Shown here one piece after another: positions 12,035-24,543 of a stretch of DNA of 40,673 nt. Origin of the DNA: Octopus bimaculoides (lineage: Eukaryota); assembly GCF_001194135.2 (NCBI RefSeq), contig NC_068989.1:33295270-33335942 (forward strand), in the 5' to 3' direction. The first letter of the stretch is position 1. The number at the start of each line of letters is the position of its first letter. Below the pieces are notes generated by a model. It saw only the letters and a program-made list of their open reading frames with translations. It was not told the DNA's origin and searched no databases. Both the position numbers and the translations under genes were made by a program.

Positions 12035-12240
12035 TCATCATCATTATAATGGCAACTTTTTCATGTATGCATGGGTCAGATAGGGCTTATTGAGGTAGTT
12101 TTTCTATTACTGGAATGCCCTTCTTGTCACCAACCCTCACCTGTTTCCAAGTGAGGTAATATTTCATCATGCCCAGACAGGATTTTGCAGAATATTGAAA
12201 ATAAACAATATTCATTTAAGACAATTATACAATATGAAAA
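12035..12240 (-). repeat. Interspersed repeat with a (GAT)n-type tail, same family as 31030-31560
   Basis: Reverse complement shares ggaaacagg.gagggt.g.tgacaagaagggcat with the copy near 31440. Confidence 0.55.
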
Positions 12241-13095
12241 CAAGGAGACACATACATACACAGACACACATACACTCTCTTTCTCTCTCTCTCTCTCTCT
12301 CATGCACATACACACACAGATACCCATGTACATGTTGAAAGTCTTCTAGACTGCAGTATTCGTCTTGAACAAGTTGTCACAGTTCTTGCCTAAAGATCTC
12401 AACGGTGTGAAACTTCAGGCACAAGATAAACATCCAGTTCCAATAAGCTGCCTATATATATATANNNNNNNNNNNNNNNNNNNNNNNNNNNNNNNNNNNN
12501 NNNNNNNNNNNNNNNNNNNNNNNNNNNNNNNNNNNNNNNNNNNNNNNNNNNNNNNNNNNNNNNNNNNNNNNNNNNNNNNNNNNNNNNNNNNNNNNNNNNN
12601 NNNNNNNNNNNNNNNNNNNNNNNNNNNNNNNNNNNNNNNNNNNNNNNNNNNNNNNNNNNNNNNNNNNNNNNNNNNNNNNNNNNNNNNNNNNNNNNNNNNN
12701 NNNNNNNNNNNNNNNNNNNNNNNNNNNNNNNNNNNNNNNNNNNNNNNNNNNNNNNNNNNNNNNNNNNNNNNNNNNNNNNNNNNNNNNNNNNNNNNNNNNN
12801 NNNNNNNNNNNNNNNNNNNNNNNNNNNNNNNNNNNNNNNNNNNNNNNNNNNNNNNNNNNNNNNNNNNNNNNNNNNNNNNNNNNNNNNNNNNNNNNNNNNN
12901 NNNNNNNNNNNNNNNNNNNNNNNNNNNNNNNNNNNNNNNNNNNNNNNNNNNNNNNNNNNNNNNNNNNNNNNNNNNNNNNNNNNNNNNNNNNNNNNNNNNN
13001 NNNNNNNNNNNNNNNNNNNNNNNNNNNNNNNNNNNNNNNNNNNNNNNNNNNNNNNNNNNNNNNNNNNNNNNNNNNNNNNNNNNNNNNNNNNCACA

Positions 13096-14135
13096 TACGA
13101 GGGGGAGCTGAAAAGTTCCTGACTTTGGGTAAAAGAAAATTCGGGAGGATCAGTCAATTATGATTTCATTTAACATATTCCCCTTCTCAGTTTTACACAC
13201 TTATTGCAGCACTCCTTCAGTTTTTCTAAGCTTTGTAAAAAGAACTCAGAAAGTTGGACCTCCAACCAGGCCTCTGTAGCAGCAATCACTTCCGAATTGG
13301 AGTGAAATTTCATTCCCTTGAGATGTTTCTTTAGTTGTGGAATAAGGTGTGTGATCTACCAATTCAAAGCCAAAGTTGCGTATTTTCCATCGAGTTTCAT
13401 GTGCTGTGTGAACCGGTGTATTGTCTCTCAAGAAACAGGACACCATAGCGTTTCTGCTTTAAAACTCTGTGCATTTCTTCCAACAGAGACATGTAGTTTA
13501 CAGAGGGGGAGCACTAAGCAGTGATAAGTGAAATTGCAATGTTATTATCAGTCTGAATATGCTTGATGCACATTTGAACTGGGGAACAAGCTGCTCACTG
13601 CGTTTTGCCACAGAGAATATATATCGCTTGTTGACAAATGGTGTGTATACACCTAGATCAGCTTGCAGCACCATCTATCTAAACTGTGAGATGTTAACAT
13701 TTCGATTTTGCATTGATGGTGTGATCCTTTAGCAGGTATTTTATGAAGAGTACTCTGTCTTTGTCCCAGAACGCTGAAACCAGAATCTTTCCAGCTGACT
13801 TCTGAGTCCAAAACTTTTTGGGACGTGATAAACTGCTGTGATGCCATTCCATTGATTGCTACTGGGTCTGGATAACATAACGATGAAGCTAGTTTTCATC
13901 CATGATGAACCAGTCCAAAATTGCCTTTGATGTCATCACGTTGATGTGCTTCTGATCTATATTCAGGTATTTCAGCACCCATTTTGCAGAAAGCTTTCTC
14001 ATGTCCAGAATGTTGTGAATAATGTAGCCAACTTTTTTTGCAGGAAATCCCCAGTCTCAGCTATGACTTTTGCTGAAATCTGACAGTCCTGGAGAATCAT
14101 AACCTGCACGATATTGGCTTTGTTCTCTGTGGTCA
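13096..14135 (-). mobile_element. Defective mariner of a second lineage, 5'-truncated
   Basis: TIR TACGAGGGGGAGCTGAAAAGTTCC at 13096; remnants KLSAKWV.K.L (WVPHEL-like), DN.PVH, FELVDHTPYS and EVIAATEAWLE. Confidence 0.85.
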
Positions 14136-15400
14136 CAGAAGTTAGAATTTACAGCCTGTGTTTTTATCATCATAGCTTAGTTGTATATCTTAGAAATAAA
14201 TTCTCAATGATATTTGTATGACTAATTTCAAATTTAGCAGTAGCCAATAAGTAAACTCAAATGGTGGGACTATTCTCACTTATTCAAGAAATCTCTCTTA
14301 GGAGTATAGCAAGTCAAAGTGAAATATTTCAAACTGGCTGTGACTGATTACTAAACTAGCACAGACTGAAAGAAAGATATTTAAAAAAAAAAAAGCAAGT
14401 ATGGTCAGATTATTTGAGTTTGCTTATTGGTAATATTAAGTTTTAAACTAAAAGAGTTTGAAAGAGATACATATTATGGTAGGAAATTTATTTCTCACTC
14501 ATACAGTTGTATTGCAAAGATGAAAGCACAAACCACAAAATAATGAAGTAAATTCTAATACCAGTCACTGAGTTTCAACTTTTAGCTCCTGCAACTGTGC
14601 TATTTGTTTTAGTTGAAATGTTCTTTAATGACTGAAAGATTATAGGAGAAAATATGGATTTATTTTTAACAATTGCATTGCTTTTGGTTTGCATACTTTC
14701 TGATGTATGTGATCCTTATCTGTCTTAAGAAAACTAAACTAGTTAACTTTTTCCTCACTTTCCATAGAGTTTCACTTTCCATGAATTATTCACATGTTGT
14801 ATTTTTACTGCAATACTAAATGTATGTTTTATTAAATATATTAAACATATTACATATGATTTCCATATACATGCATACATATGTTCTACTTAATACTATG
14901 CAGTACATGAAAAGATATGTTGACATTTATCATAATGTATTTCACAGTACCAAACATTGCATCCAATGCAAATAGTATGCAGTGGAGTTAGGGACTGAAC
15001 TTACATTCAGTACTTTTTATTACCAAAATTACCAAACCTTTCATGTAGCTAACTTTATGCTACTGTTAGCTCAAAGAAGACTAATTGGGGGATACTCAAC
15101 AACAACACTCTACTTCAAACCATCTTTTCCACTAATCCTGTTCCCAATTCACTGCCTTGCTTTGTCCATCCTATTTGCCATTCTGATTGACACTTTCATG
15201 GTCAGATCTCCACTTTCCTTTCCTTAATTGCCCCTACTACCACGCTAGCCAGATTTTATTGGTTGTCCTTTCCATTTCTTTAGCAGAAGCTTTTCTACAA
15301 TGATTTGCTTCCTTTCCAATTTTATTTCCACATTTTCACTACACTAACCATTTATTCTAGTAAACTTTCACTTTAATTTTTCTCTGTTGAATGTCTATAG

Positions 15401-15608
15401 AGGAGATGGCAATTACATTCCTATTCCATGGTTTATTTGAGATTCTGCTACAGCTAGCTAGCGACCACTACATTATTGTTACACTGGAGAAGAATGTGAA
15501 CACTACCGTTAATGACAACAACACCCAAGAAGCTCTACAACAAGATAGTGGAGGTACTAATCCAAAGAGACCTAGAATGGATAAGGACAACTTCCATTCT
15601 TACTTAAG
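15401..15608 (+). CDS. MINDY3: MINDY3 coding exon: (E)EMAITFLFHGLFEILLQLASDHYIIVTLEKNVNTTVNDNNTQEALQQDSGGTNPKRPRMDKDNFHSYL(R)
   Basis: Acceptor ctatag, donor AG/gtaata; phase 1 to 2 fits both neighbouring exons. Aligns loosely to human LLCHTLCDIL...FERFHALIQKR. This is the least conserved exon. Confidence 0.85.
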
Positions 15609-15672
15609 GTAATATATGATATCTATATTATATAACACATACAAACACACATTTATATATGACGATGTATAT

Positions 15673-15867
15673 CAATATTTCTCAAACGTTTTTCAGCAAA
15701 GTTTCACAATACTTGGATACTTACTACCCAACTTTTATAGCCTTATGTAATACAGGTAGTAATTGTAGTTAAATTTAAAACCAATGCATTACTCATTGCC
15801 CCTTTCATGGCTTTTAATGTCCCCTTGGGAGAAACATGGGCAGCATATGCCTCCTTGAGAACCACTG
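15673..15867. mobile_element. hAT (Charlie/Buster-type) MITE
   Basis: Decayed TIR CAATATTTCTCAA vs CAGTGGTTCTCAA; 8-bp flanks ATGTATAT/ATATACAT (6/8 identical, central TA). Confidence 0.55.
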
Positions 15868-16061
15868 ATATACATCATCATTATCATATTAATGCCTACT
15901 TTTCCAAGCAAACTAATATTTTTCCTATCCTGGACATGTTAACAGAAGATGACAAACAAATGGCAGAGCTTATATGACTGTCTTGCTTGTTTGCAGTTAG
16001 TATATATCAAGGCATACAACACACACATACATTCATGTGTGTGTACACACATGTACATATC

Positions 16062-16150
16062 ACAGGCTTCTTTTCCAGTTTTCCTGTGCCAAATTCACTG
16101 ACAAGGCTTTAGTCACCTTGGGGCTATAATAGAAGACACTTACCCAAAGT
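16062..16150 (-). mobile_element. Central fragment of the tRNA-derived SINE
   Basis: Matches ccaaatccactcacaaggc...tagaagacacttgcccaagg in the 29155-29892 copy. Confidence 0.6.
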
Positions 16151-16216
16151 ACCTAGGCGTGCTTACAAAGTGAATTTCACCACTATACAGCTATGTCTGC
16201 TGTGCCTACATATATA

Positions 16217-16437
16217 TATGAGGGGGTGCTGAAAAGTTTCTGTCTTTAAGGGTCTTGCAAAAGGCCTGGTTGGAGGCCCAACCTTCTGAGTTCTTTTACA
16301 GTACTTAGAAAAACTGAAGGATCACTGCAACAAGTGTGTGGATCTGAGAGGGGAATAGGTTGAATAGAATCGTAATTAACCAGTCCTCTTGTATTTTCTT
16401 TTTCCCAAACCCAGGAACTTTTTAGCACTCCTTCATA
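16217..16437 (+). mobile_element. Mariner-derived MITE (internal deletion derivative of the 13096 family)
   Basis: TIRs TATGAGGGGGTGCTGAAAAGTTTCTG and TATGAAGGAGTGCTAAAAAGTTCCTGG; body is the reverse complement of 13096-13275. Confidence 0.85.
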
Positions 16438-16570
16438 TATACACACACACACACACACACATATTTATTTATGCAAATATACATGTATATAGTGCAAAAA
16501 ATATAACATGATGACAAGGTGAAAAAAACAGTGTATTAGGTTTACAGTCAGGAAATAGGAAAAACTATAA

Positions 16571-19404
16571 CAGTGGTTCCCAAACTATGAGTTGCGACCC
16601 ACTGATGGGTCATGAACGGAATCCTAGTGGGTCGCAAAAAGTTATAAAATTACGCATTAACTTTAATTAACTGCTGTCTATCGAGATAGTTCAAGACTCA
16701 TGTTTTCAATACCAGACTGGTTGTTTTATCAAGCAGTAGGCTTTTTTCATGAACTTAACAAATCAGAGGTGGTCATTTTCTCAAGTTATTTATTTGCACG
16801 TAATCGTAAAAAGGAAAAGTCTGTTTTTACCTATTTATAGAGAACTTTAACTAGGTGCAGTACAACACTAATCGAGCCGATAACAGTTACTGCTTCGAGG
16901 TTTTGTATTTGAGTTAATACCTGCCCATAGGGTATTGAGACAGTTATAAAACGTTTTGTTTCACATTTAATATAAATAGTAAAAAATTAAAATAAATAAG
17001 ACAGTATGGATTTCACTAATAAGTTTATAAATTATTCAAAAAAGTATAGAAGTGATCACTAGGAGGCTATTAATTAGCCAATGAAATGATTGGAATAGAC
17101 AGCAGCTAGATGGTAGATGGATCAATAGAGTCTATCTGATAAACAGTTTGAATAGCAGCACATCGATTGAAACAACGCTTATTATTAATTCTAAAGTGGC
17201 GCATGATCTCAAGCGTTGTATTTTAATTCTGTCAGATCTATCGGTAAGTCAAAATTGTCTATCTTTCTAAATTCGATTTTTTCGTATTTACTCAGTCCTT
17301 CATATTATGGATAACTGGTTAAAAAAGTCAGTTGAAGTTGATGACTACGAGTCTTCAGTGAATCGAAACGAAGAAAAGTCCAGTCAATCAAAACTAAGCC
17401 AGTCAAAGCGAAGAAAAGTATTGAGAAAGTATGATTATGAGTACTTAAAAATGAGATTTACATGGAATGGTGTTGAAGAAGATCCATGACCATGATGCAT
17501 CATTTGTTAAGAACAACTTGCAAACGAGAGCATGCGTCCAAACAAATTGCATCGCCATATTGAGACTAAGCATTCCGAGTTAAAAGACAAGCCTCTCGAT
17601 TTTTTTGAGCGAATGTTAACCAAGTTAAAGATAGGACAGAGCGTTATGCAACATTACACCAAAGTAAATGAAAAATCTTTGTATGTGTCTTACTTGATCA
17701 GTTTGAGAATCGCAAAAACTGGTAAGCCACACACAATTGGGGAGACTTTAGTTCTTCCAGCTATGAAAGATACAGTTAAAGTTTTCTTTGGTGATAAGAG
17801 NNNNNNNNNNNNNNNNNNNNNNNNNNNNNNNNNNNNNNNNNNNNNNNNNNNNNNNNNNNNNNNNNNNNNNNNNNNNNNNNNNNNNNNNNNNNNNNNNNNN
17901 NNNNNNNNNNNNNNNNNNNNNNNNNNNNNNNNNNNNNNNNNNNNNNNNNNNNNNNNNNNNNNNNNNNNNNNNNNNNNNNNNNNNNNNNNNNNNNNNNNNN
18001 NNNNNNNNNNNNNNNNNNNNNNNNNNNNNNNNNNNNNNNNNNNNNNNNNNNGTTTTTGTACAGTACATATGGAACTTTAAACCTCATGAAGATATGTTTT
18101 TCTGTGAACCAGTCAGTCGAAGTACCAGCGATGAAATTTTTAATACTGTTGATACTTATATCAGAGCAAAAGATCTTGATTGGCATAAATGTTTTGGAAT
18201 ATGTACGGACGGCGCATGGGCTATGTGCAGTAGAAACAGTGGTGTGGTGACCAGAATACTTGAACTTAATCCCAATGCATCATGGACTCACTGTAACCTT
18301 CACAGGGCAGCGTTAGTATCAAAATATATATCTGATAATTTTGAAAATGTTTTGAACACTTCCGTCAAAATAGTGAACTTCATTAAGTCAAAGCCTTTGC
18401 AATCGCGCTTATTTGAGAAGTTGTGCGAAGAGATGGGAAGCGATCATAAATCCCTTCTTTTGCACACAAATATGATGGCTCTCGAAGGGAAAAGTGCTGA
18501 CAAGACTTGCAGAACTCCGTGAAGAAGTAACTATATTTCTAGAAGGTAAAAGCGATTTTGCGAAATATTTGCACGACAAAGAATTCATTCTGAGGCTTAC
18601 GTATTTGGCAGATATTTTTTCGAAATGAAACGAACTGAATTTGTACTTACAAGGAACAGAAGGTATCAGTATATTCGCAATTCATGAGAAAAAATCGAGG
18701 TTTTATGAAAAAACTTGTCCTGTGGAAAAATCGTATTGACAACTGAAATTATGACTGTTTTGAAACGTTTGAAACCTTTGTAATGGAGAATGAAGCAAAA
18801 GTTGATAATGGTATAGTCATTGAGATATCTGAACACTTGAATAAGCCAAAAGAAAGTTTTGAATTTTATTTTCATGAAGAGATGAATACTATGCAACAGA
18901 ATAGATGGATTATGAACCCCTTTCAACCTGACGTGACAACTGGAATATCAACAAAAGCTGATGAGGAACTTATCGATTTATCCAAAGACTCTTCCTTGAA
19001 AATGACCTTTAACACCCGAAAATTGGTACAGTTCTGTGCATCTCTTCAAACCCCGTACCCAATCATTTCCACCAAAGCATTAAACAGTACTTCTCCTTTT
19101 CGCGTCATCTTATAATTGTGAAGCTGGATTTTCAGCAATGGTTGAGATTAAAAGCAAATTTCGAAATAAACTGCAGCTCTCAAATTCTTTACGGCTGAAA
19201 CTATAACGCATTGAACCTGATGTTAATTCTATTCTTGAGCGTAGCAAGAAACAGGCTCATCCTTCTCACAGGCCTCAATGAAAATGTAATCTAAAATAAA
19301 TTTTTTTCTTTCATTAATGTTTTTACCCAGTAGAGTTAAGTGGGTCGCCATAAACTGGTGTCATAAATAGTGGGTTGCGTCTCTAAAAAGTTTGGGAACC
19401 ACGG
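16571..19404 (+). mobile_element. Full-length defective hAT transposon, Buster/Charlie (ZBED5/SCAND3-like) family
   Basis: 16-bp TIRs CAGTGGTTCCCAAACT and CCGTGGTTCCCAAACT; 8-bp TSD AACTATAA/AACTAGAA; subterminal GGGTCGC repeats; transposase remnant from 17307 with BED finger, CTDGA, HCNLHR and CEAGFS motifs. Confidence 0.95.
17307..19210 (+). pseudogene. Buster-family transposase pseudogene
   Basis: Several in-frame stops (for example TGA/TGA/TAA across the BED finger) and frameshifts; partly hidden by gap 17801-18051. Confidence 0.9.
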
Positions 19405-19526
19405 AACTAGAAGGAAAAGTCTTTTACATATTGAGTATACACTTCTGAAAAGAAAGAATAGACAAGAAGAGAAAAAAAAAATGAAGAAAGAAATGTACAT
19501 GTATATAACAGTCATATATATATATA

Positions 19527-19870
19527 TGCTTCCCAACCACATGGTTTGGGGTTTAGTTCCACCTTGGGCAAGTATCTTTTATAATCCCAGGGGTCAATCA
19601 AAGTCTTGTGAGTGGATTTTGCTGACAGAAACTGAAAGAAACCCATCGTGTGTGTATATATGTACATATGTATGTGTCTGTGTTTATCTCCCACCACCAC
19701 TTGACAACCAGTGTTGGTTTGTGTATGTCTCCCATAAGTTAGCGGTTTCACAAAAGAGTGATAAAATAAGTACCAGGCTTTAAAAATAAGTCATGGGGGT
19801 CAATTTGTTCGGCTAAACCCTTCAAGCCATGCTGAGGCATGGCTGCAGTCCAGTAACTGAAACAAGTAAA
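19527..19870 (+). mobile_element. tRNA-derived SINE with internal (TG/TA)n
   Basis: Head remnant, caccttgggcaagt core, microsatellite and tail; homologous to 29155-29892 and 32106-32460. Confidence 0.8.
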
Positions 19871-21060
19871 ATATATGTACATCTTTACTAGTTAATGTCC
19901 ACTTTTCCATGCTTGCATCAATGAGATGTTATTTATTGAGGCTGAGTTTCTACATCTGGATTCCCTTCATGTCACCTGCACCTGTCAGTTTTTCTCTTAC
20001 CATCCTCTCTCAACACTATACCTGTGTAACTTAAGCTAGAACTGCCTTGGACTTTGATGAACCATGCAACCAATTCTGGCATGGCAAGCTGACTAACCCA
20101 CCTTATCACTTGGTCCACCTACTCAACCTACAGCCATCACCATTACCACTGTGTCTCCACCTTCTTCACACTTATCCTTCACATTAATATCCCCCTTCTA
20201 CTCTCTTCTATCCCCATTACTCTCACCCCAACAATGTTTCTTCTATTATTCTCTCCATTACTCTCCTCTCATAGCAATAAATCTGTTCCATTCATCACAG
20301 GGGAAGAGAAAGGGCTCTCTTTAGCTTTAGGAACTGTAAGCCGACTCCAACAGAACTGATAGCATGCAAAGCAACCAGTACACTCCATAAGTGATTTGTA
20401 ATTGATTCCAGAAGTGACAAATCATGGTTTGAGTCTTGTTGGATATGATGCAATCCCTATAGTGTTGGGAGATATGAAAAAATACATACAGTGAACAGTG
20501 AATAATACATTCACTGGATATTGTGGAAAGTTTGTTGGACTGAGAAAAATCCAGTGTATGCATTGAAACAGCATCAAATTAAAATAGCCGTATGTGTACC
20601 TTATATATATTTAAACTGTATGTCAAAGGCGACAAACTTCATCTAGACTTGTGATGACAGGTACATGTCATTGACATGGTCCAGGAATGTCAAAGCATGC
20701 CTGACATTCCTTTTTAGTCACTGATGGGATCATGTTCACCTTGCTCTGACATGTGTTTTTAATATAAGTCAATGAAGAGATTTTCTCACTGACAAATACC
20801 ACAGCATCATGTCTGTCACTAGTGTATATACATTAGGTAAATTATGCAGATGGCTCTTTTAATTTAATGCTCTTTCAATTGCATACACTAAATTGAACAT
20901 GTATTCTTAAACAAAAGAAATTTAAATAAACATTTTAGTTTTTAATCATTCTTTTCATACATTAAGCTCAGAATATTCATTTGATTATGTATTTTGCTTT
21001 TGTGGTTATCACTGTTGTTGTAGTTGTTTTTGTTGCACAGCCGTGATCAAACTGATTTTT

Positions 21061-22069
21061 GTAAAAGGCAGACTGTATGACGCATGCGTACGAACAGCCA
21101 TGCTACATGGCAGTGAAACATGGGCTGTAACTGCTGAGGACATACGTAAGCTCGCAAGGAATGAAGCCAGTATGCTCCGTTGGATGTGTAATGTCAATGT
21201 GAATACCCGTCAGAGTGTAAGTATCTTGAGAGAAAAGCTGAACATTAGAAGCATCAGTTGTGGTGTGCAAGAGAGACGATTGCGCTGGTATGGACATGTG
21301 GTGAGAATGGATGAGGATAGCTGCGTGAAAAAGTGCCACACCCTAACAGTTGAGGGAACCNNNNNNNNNNNNNNNNNNNNNNNNNNNNNNNNNNNNNNNN
21401 NNNNNNNNNNNNNNNNNNNNNNNNNNNNNNNNNNNNNNNNNNNNNNNNNNNNNNNNNNNNNNNNNNNNNNNNNNNNNNNNNNNNNNNNNNNNNNNNNNNN
21501 NNNNNNNNNNNNNNNNNNNNNNNNNNNNNNNNNNNNNNNNNNNNNNNNNNNNNNNNNNNNNNNNNNNNNNNNNNNNNNNNNNNNNNNNNNNNNNNNNNNN
21601 NNNNNNNNNNNNNNNNNNNNNNNNNNNNNNNNNNNNNNNNNNNNNNNNNNNNNNNNNNNNNNNNNNNNNNNNNNNNNNNNNNNNNNNNNNNNNNNNNNNN
21701 NNNNNNNNNNNNNNNNNNNNNNNNNNNNNNNNNNNNNNNNNNNNNNNNNNNNNNNNNNNNNNNNNNNNNNNNNNNNNNNNNNNNNNNNNNNNNNNNNNNN
21801 NNNNNNNNNNNNNNNNNNNACTGGCTTGTGCGGGTGGCACATAAAAGACACCATTTCGAGCGTGGCCGTTTTCGTGCGGGTGACACGTAAAAGCACCCAC
21901 TACACTCTCTGAGTGGTTGGCGTTCGGAAGGGCATCCAGCTGTAGAAACTCTGCCAAATTAGATTGGAGCCTGGTGTTGCCATCCGGTTTCACCAGTCCT
22001 CAGTCAAATCGTCCAACCCATGCTAGCATGGAAAGCGGACGTTAAACGATGATGATGATGATGATGATG
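21061..22069 (+). mobile_element. Young 5'-truncated RTE-LINE insertion
   Basis: Open 100-codon RTE C-terminal frame (VKGRLYDACVRTAMLHGSETWA..ERRLRWYGHV) before the gap; intact 3' tail and (GAT)n after the gap. Confidence 0.9.
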
Positions 22070-22257
22070 ACAAGGTGGACTAACTGGGCCATTTGTTAAC
22101 TTCCCACATAGTGAATATGACCTAAATCTTCAGCAATTTACACTATTATGTCAATGTTATATTAACCAAACCAAATGCAAATATTTGACAGTTCACAAGG
22201 AGAGTCTCCCCAGTGCTTCCTGTTTTTTTGTTAAAATAATATCTCTCTCTTTCACAG

Positions 22258-22372
22258 ATGTCACCAATGTTCCAGTACAGAAGAACTGAAAACTTGCATG
22301 AAAGAAAATCTTAGCTCATTTACAAAAGAATACGGTGTACTGCTCTATCTCTATTCTGTGATTCTCTCTAAG
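22258..22372 (+). CDS. MINDY3: MINDY3 coding exon: CHQCSSTEELKTCMKENLSSFTKEYGVLLYLYSVILSK
   Basis: Acceptor ctctttcacag, donor AAG/gtaatc, phase 2 to 0; GVLLxLYSVxLxK motif. Confidence 0.95.
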
Positions 22373-23517
22373 GTAATCCACTTTTTCAGTTACAGTATTG
22401 TGGTTGTTCCTTATCATTCACACGTGAAATATCTGTTGAATCATATTATTTGTATGACTTGATTCTTTTACGTATTTTTAAAATCCAAATACTACTTTTA
22501 TGTGATTTTGTTTGCCTTAGGATAGCATCATTTCAGCTTTGTTAAGCTAGTAGGAATAATCTTGTAGCTTTTTAAACAAGAGTAGATAGGATGTTGATTC
22601 AGTCATTCTAGTAAATAGGATGTTCACTTGGATGTTAAGGTGGGAATATATTTATTTGGATATCATGATGAGTATTTTGTTCACTTGTATATTGAAATAG
22701 TTGAATGTTTAGTTTGAAGCATTGATGATATCATGCAAAAAATCAATGGTATAACTTGTTTTAGTCAAAGGATGACAAGCCTTGTTCATGACCTTTGCAA
22801 GACCTCTAAAATTGGTGGCTTGAAATGGAAAAAGAAATTCCATTTCATGGGTGTTCATAAAGAGATTGTCTTTTATTGAAAACTTTGAGACACCTTCTTT
22901 GCTTATAATTTGATGTTTGAGTTTGTATAGTTTGTTCAATTGTTGAAACACTTTAGATGAATGAGCTAGAAAGTTTAGTGCAGTTAAAGCTATTTTACCA
23001 CTTTATTGAGTTTCTAAAGATGAATATAGCAGCTTCCAGGTTTTCATTAGTATATTACAAAATGTTGTGTTGAACTAATATTGTTTCTGTCACTAATGAT
23101 AATTTTTTTATCCAGCCTGCTGGTTAATTGCAGCACCAGTGGTTTGTTAATCACTGGTTTCCTATATCAGTAGTGGCTAAATTTGTCTTGGTATGCAACG
23201 CTGGTGGATACTTGCTCCTAAGGACGCTAAAAATAAAAAAACGAAATATGTATTTACCAATTCTATCACTGCTGCTAGACACTTTTTGTTTGCTGCTTAT
23301 ACATTTCTATGTATTCTAACTCCATAAGTGTATACGAGATGCTTCCCCGAGACAAAATTCCCAGTTTTCAAGCTTTTGACAATATATTTGCATTAAGTAT
23401 GATTAACAGAATGCTATGTTGAACTGAGTGAATAATTTCTTTCTATGTTTTAGTTTGGTCAAGGCTGAATATTTGACTTCATCCAGCTACAATAGTCCAG
23501 TGTTTTCTTTTTTTTAG

Positions 23518-23591
23518 GGTATTGAACAAATAAAGAATGAAGTTGAAGATCCTAGTGAATCACTTATTGACGGAACCTATGGCCATGGAAG
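23518..23591 (+). CDS. MINDY3: MINDY3 coding exon: GIEQIKNEVEDPSESLIDGTYGHG(S)
   Basis: Acceptor (t)n-ag, donor AG/gtgaga, phase 0 to 2; matches GIENIKNEIED..LID..YGHG. Confidence 0.96.
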
Positions 23592-24125
23592 GTGAGATGA
23601 TTACCAACATCATTAATTCATTTGTTTCTTTCTTTAATTGATATTATTCATTATTTTTGGTGCTATTTTTTTTACTACATATTTGTTACAGATAATTATT
23701 GATCACCACTGTTGTTGGATTTACCTACAATTCAAGATGTCTAGGGAAAAAGCCACAGTATGCATTTGAAGACATTGGTGTGAAAAGAAGCTGTGACGGG
23801 ACTACACAGGATATTAAATTTAATGTTTTAAAAGGGCTTGATGTAGGAGAATAAAAATTCATCCACATTGACAAAATATTAAGGCTTGTAGTGTATATAG
23901 TGAGAACAATATGTGACAATGGAGAGAAAATTTAAGTTCAAGTACTTAAAAAAACTACTCCATTAACTGCTCAGACCGTATTAAGCCTCACATTAGATCT
24001 AATGTGATGCTTAAAATAGAACAGCTATTGAATGTATAGATTGAGAATCAGACTTGATGTAATATACTTAAATTCAAAGAAAAAAAATTACTAAGATGAT
24101 TAGCAGAAAAAAAAAAAAAAAAGAG

Positions 24126-24543
24126 GATGAAACTTCTAATGAAATAAAACTTTTCTGGCTGGTAAAGGCCAGTTCGAAAGATTTCAGCAACACTTTGCAT
24201 AACATAAAATGACTGGTCAAATTGCCAGTGCTGATATAAAGGCTGTTGCTATTAATTATTTTGAAGAAAATGATTGCTGAAGTGAACCACACACTAGAGT
24301 AAGTATACATTGTTGATGAAACTCTGCTTTTCTGGAAGCAGATGCCTACTAGAACTTTTATCTCTTGGGAAAAATGTAACATCAGTGTTCAAAGCTTCCA
24401 AAAACCATCAACTGGTGATATGAAATTAAGTCCTCTACTTGAGTATCATGCCAAAAATCCAAGGACTTTCAAGATTTATGCAAAGTTTAATTTACTTCTG
24501 ATTTAGCATTCAAATAAGAAGGTGTGAATGACTAACAGCATTT
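24126..24543 (+). mobile_element. pogo/Tigger (CENP-B-like) transposase fragment
   Basis: Remnants LHNIK..G..ASAD, VDETLLFWKQMPTRTFIS and GDMKL.PLL.YHAKNPR. Confidence 0.8.

Noticed and set aside
22709-22951. 80-aa minus-strand ORF
   Set aside because: No recognisable motif or clear splice context; probably a decayed repeat.
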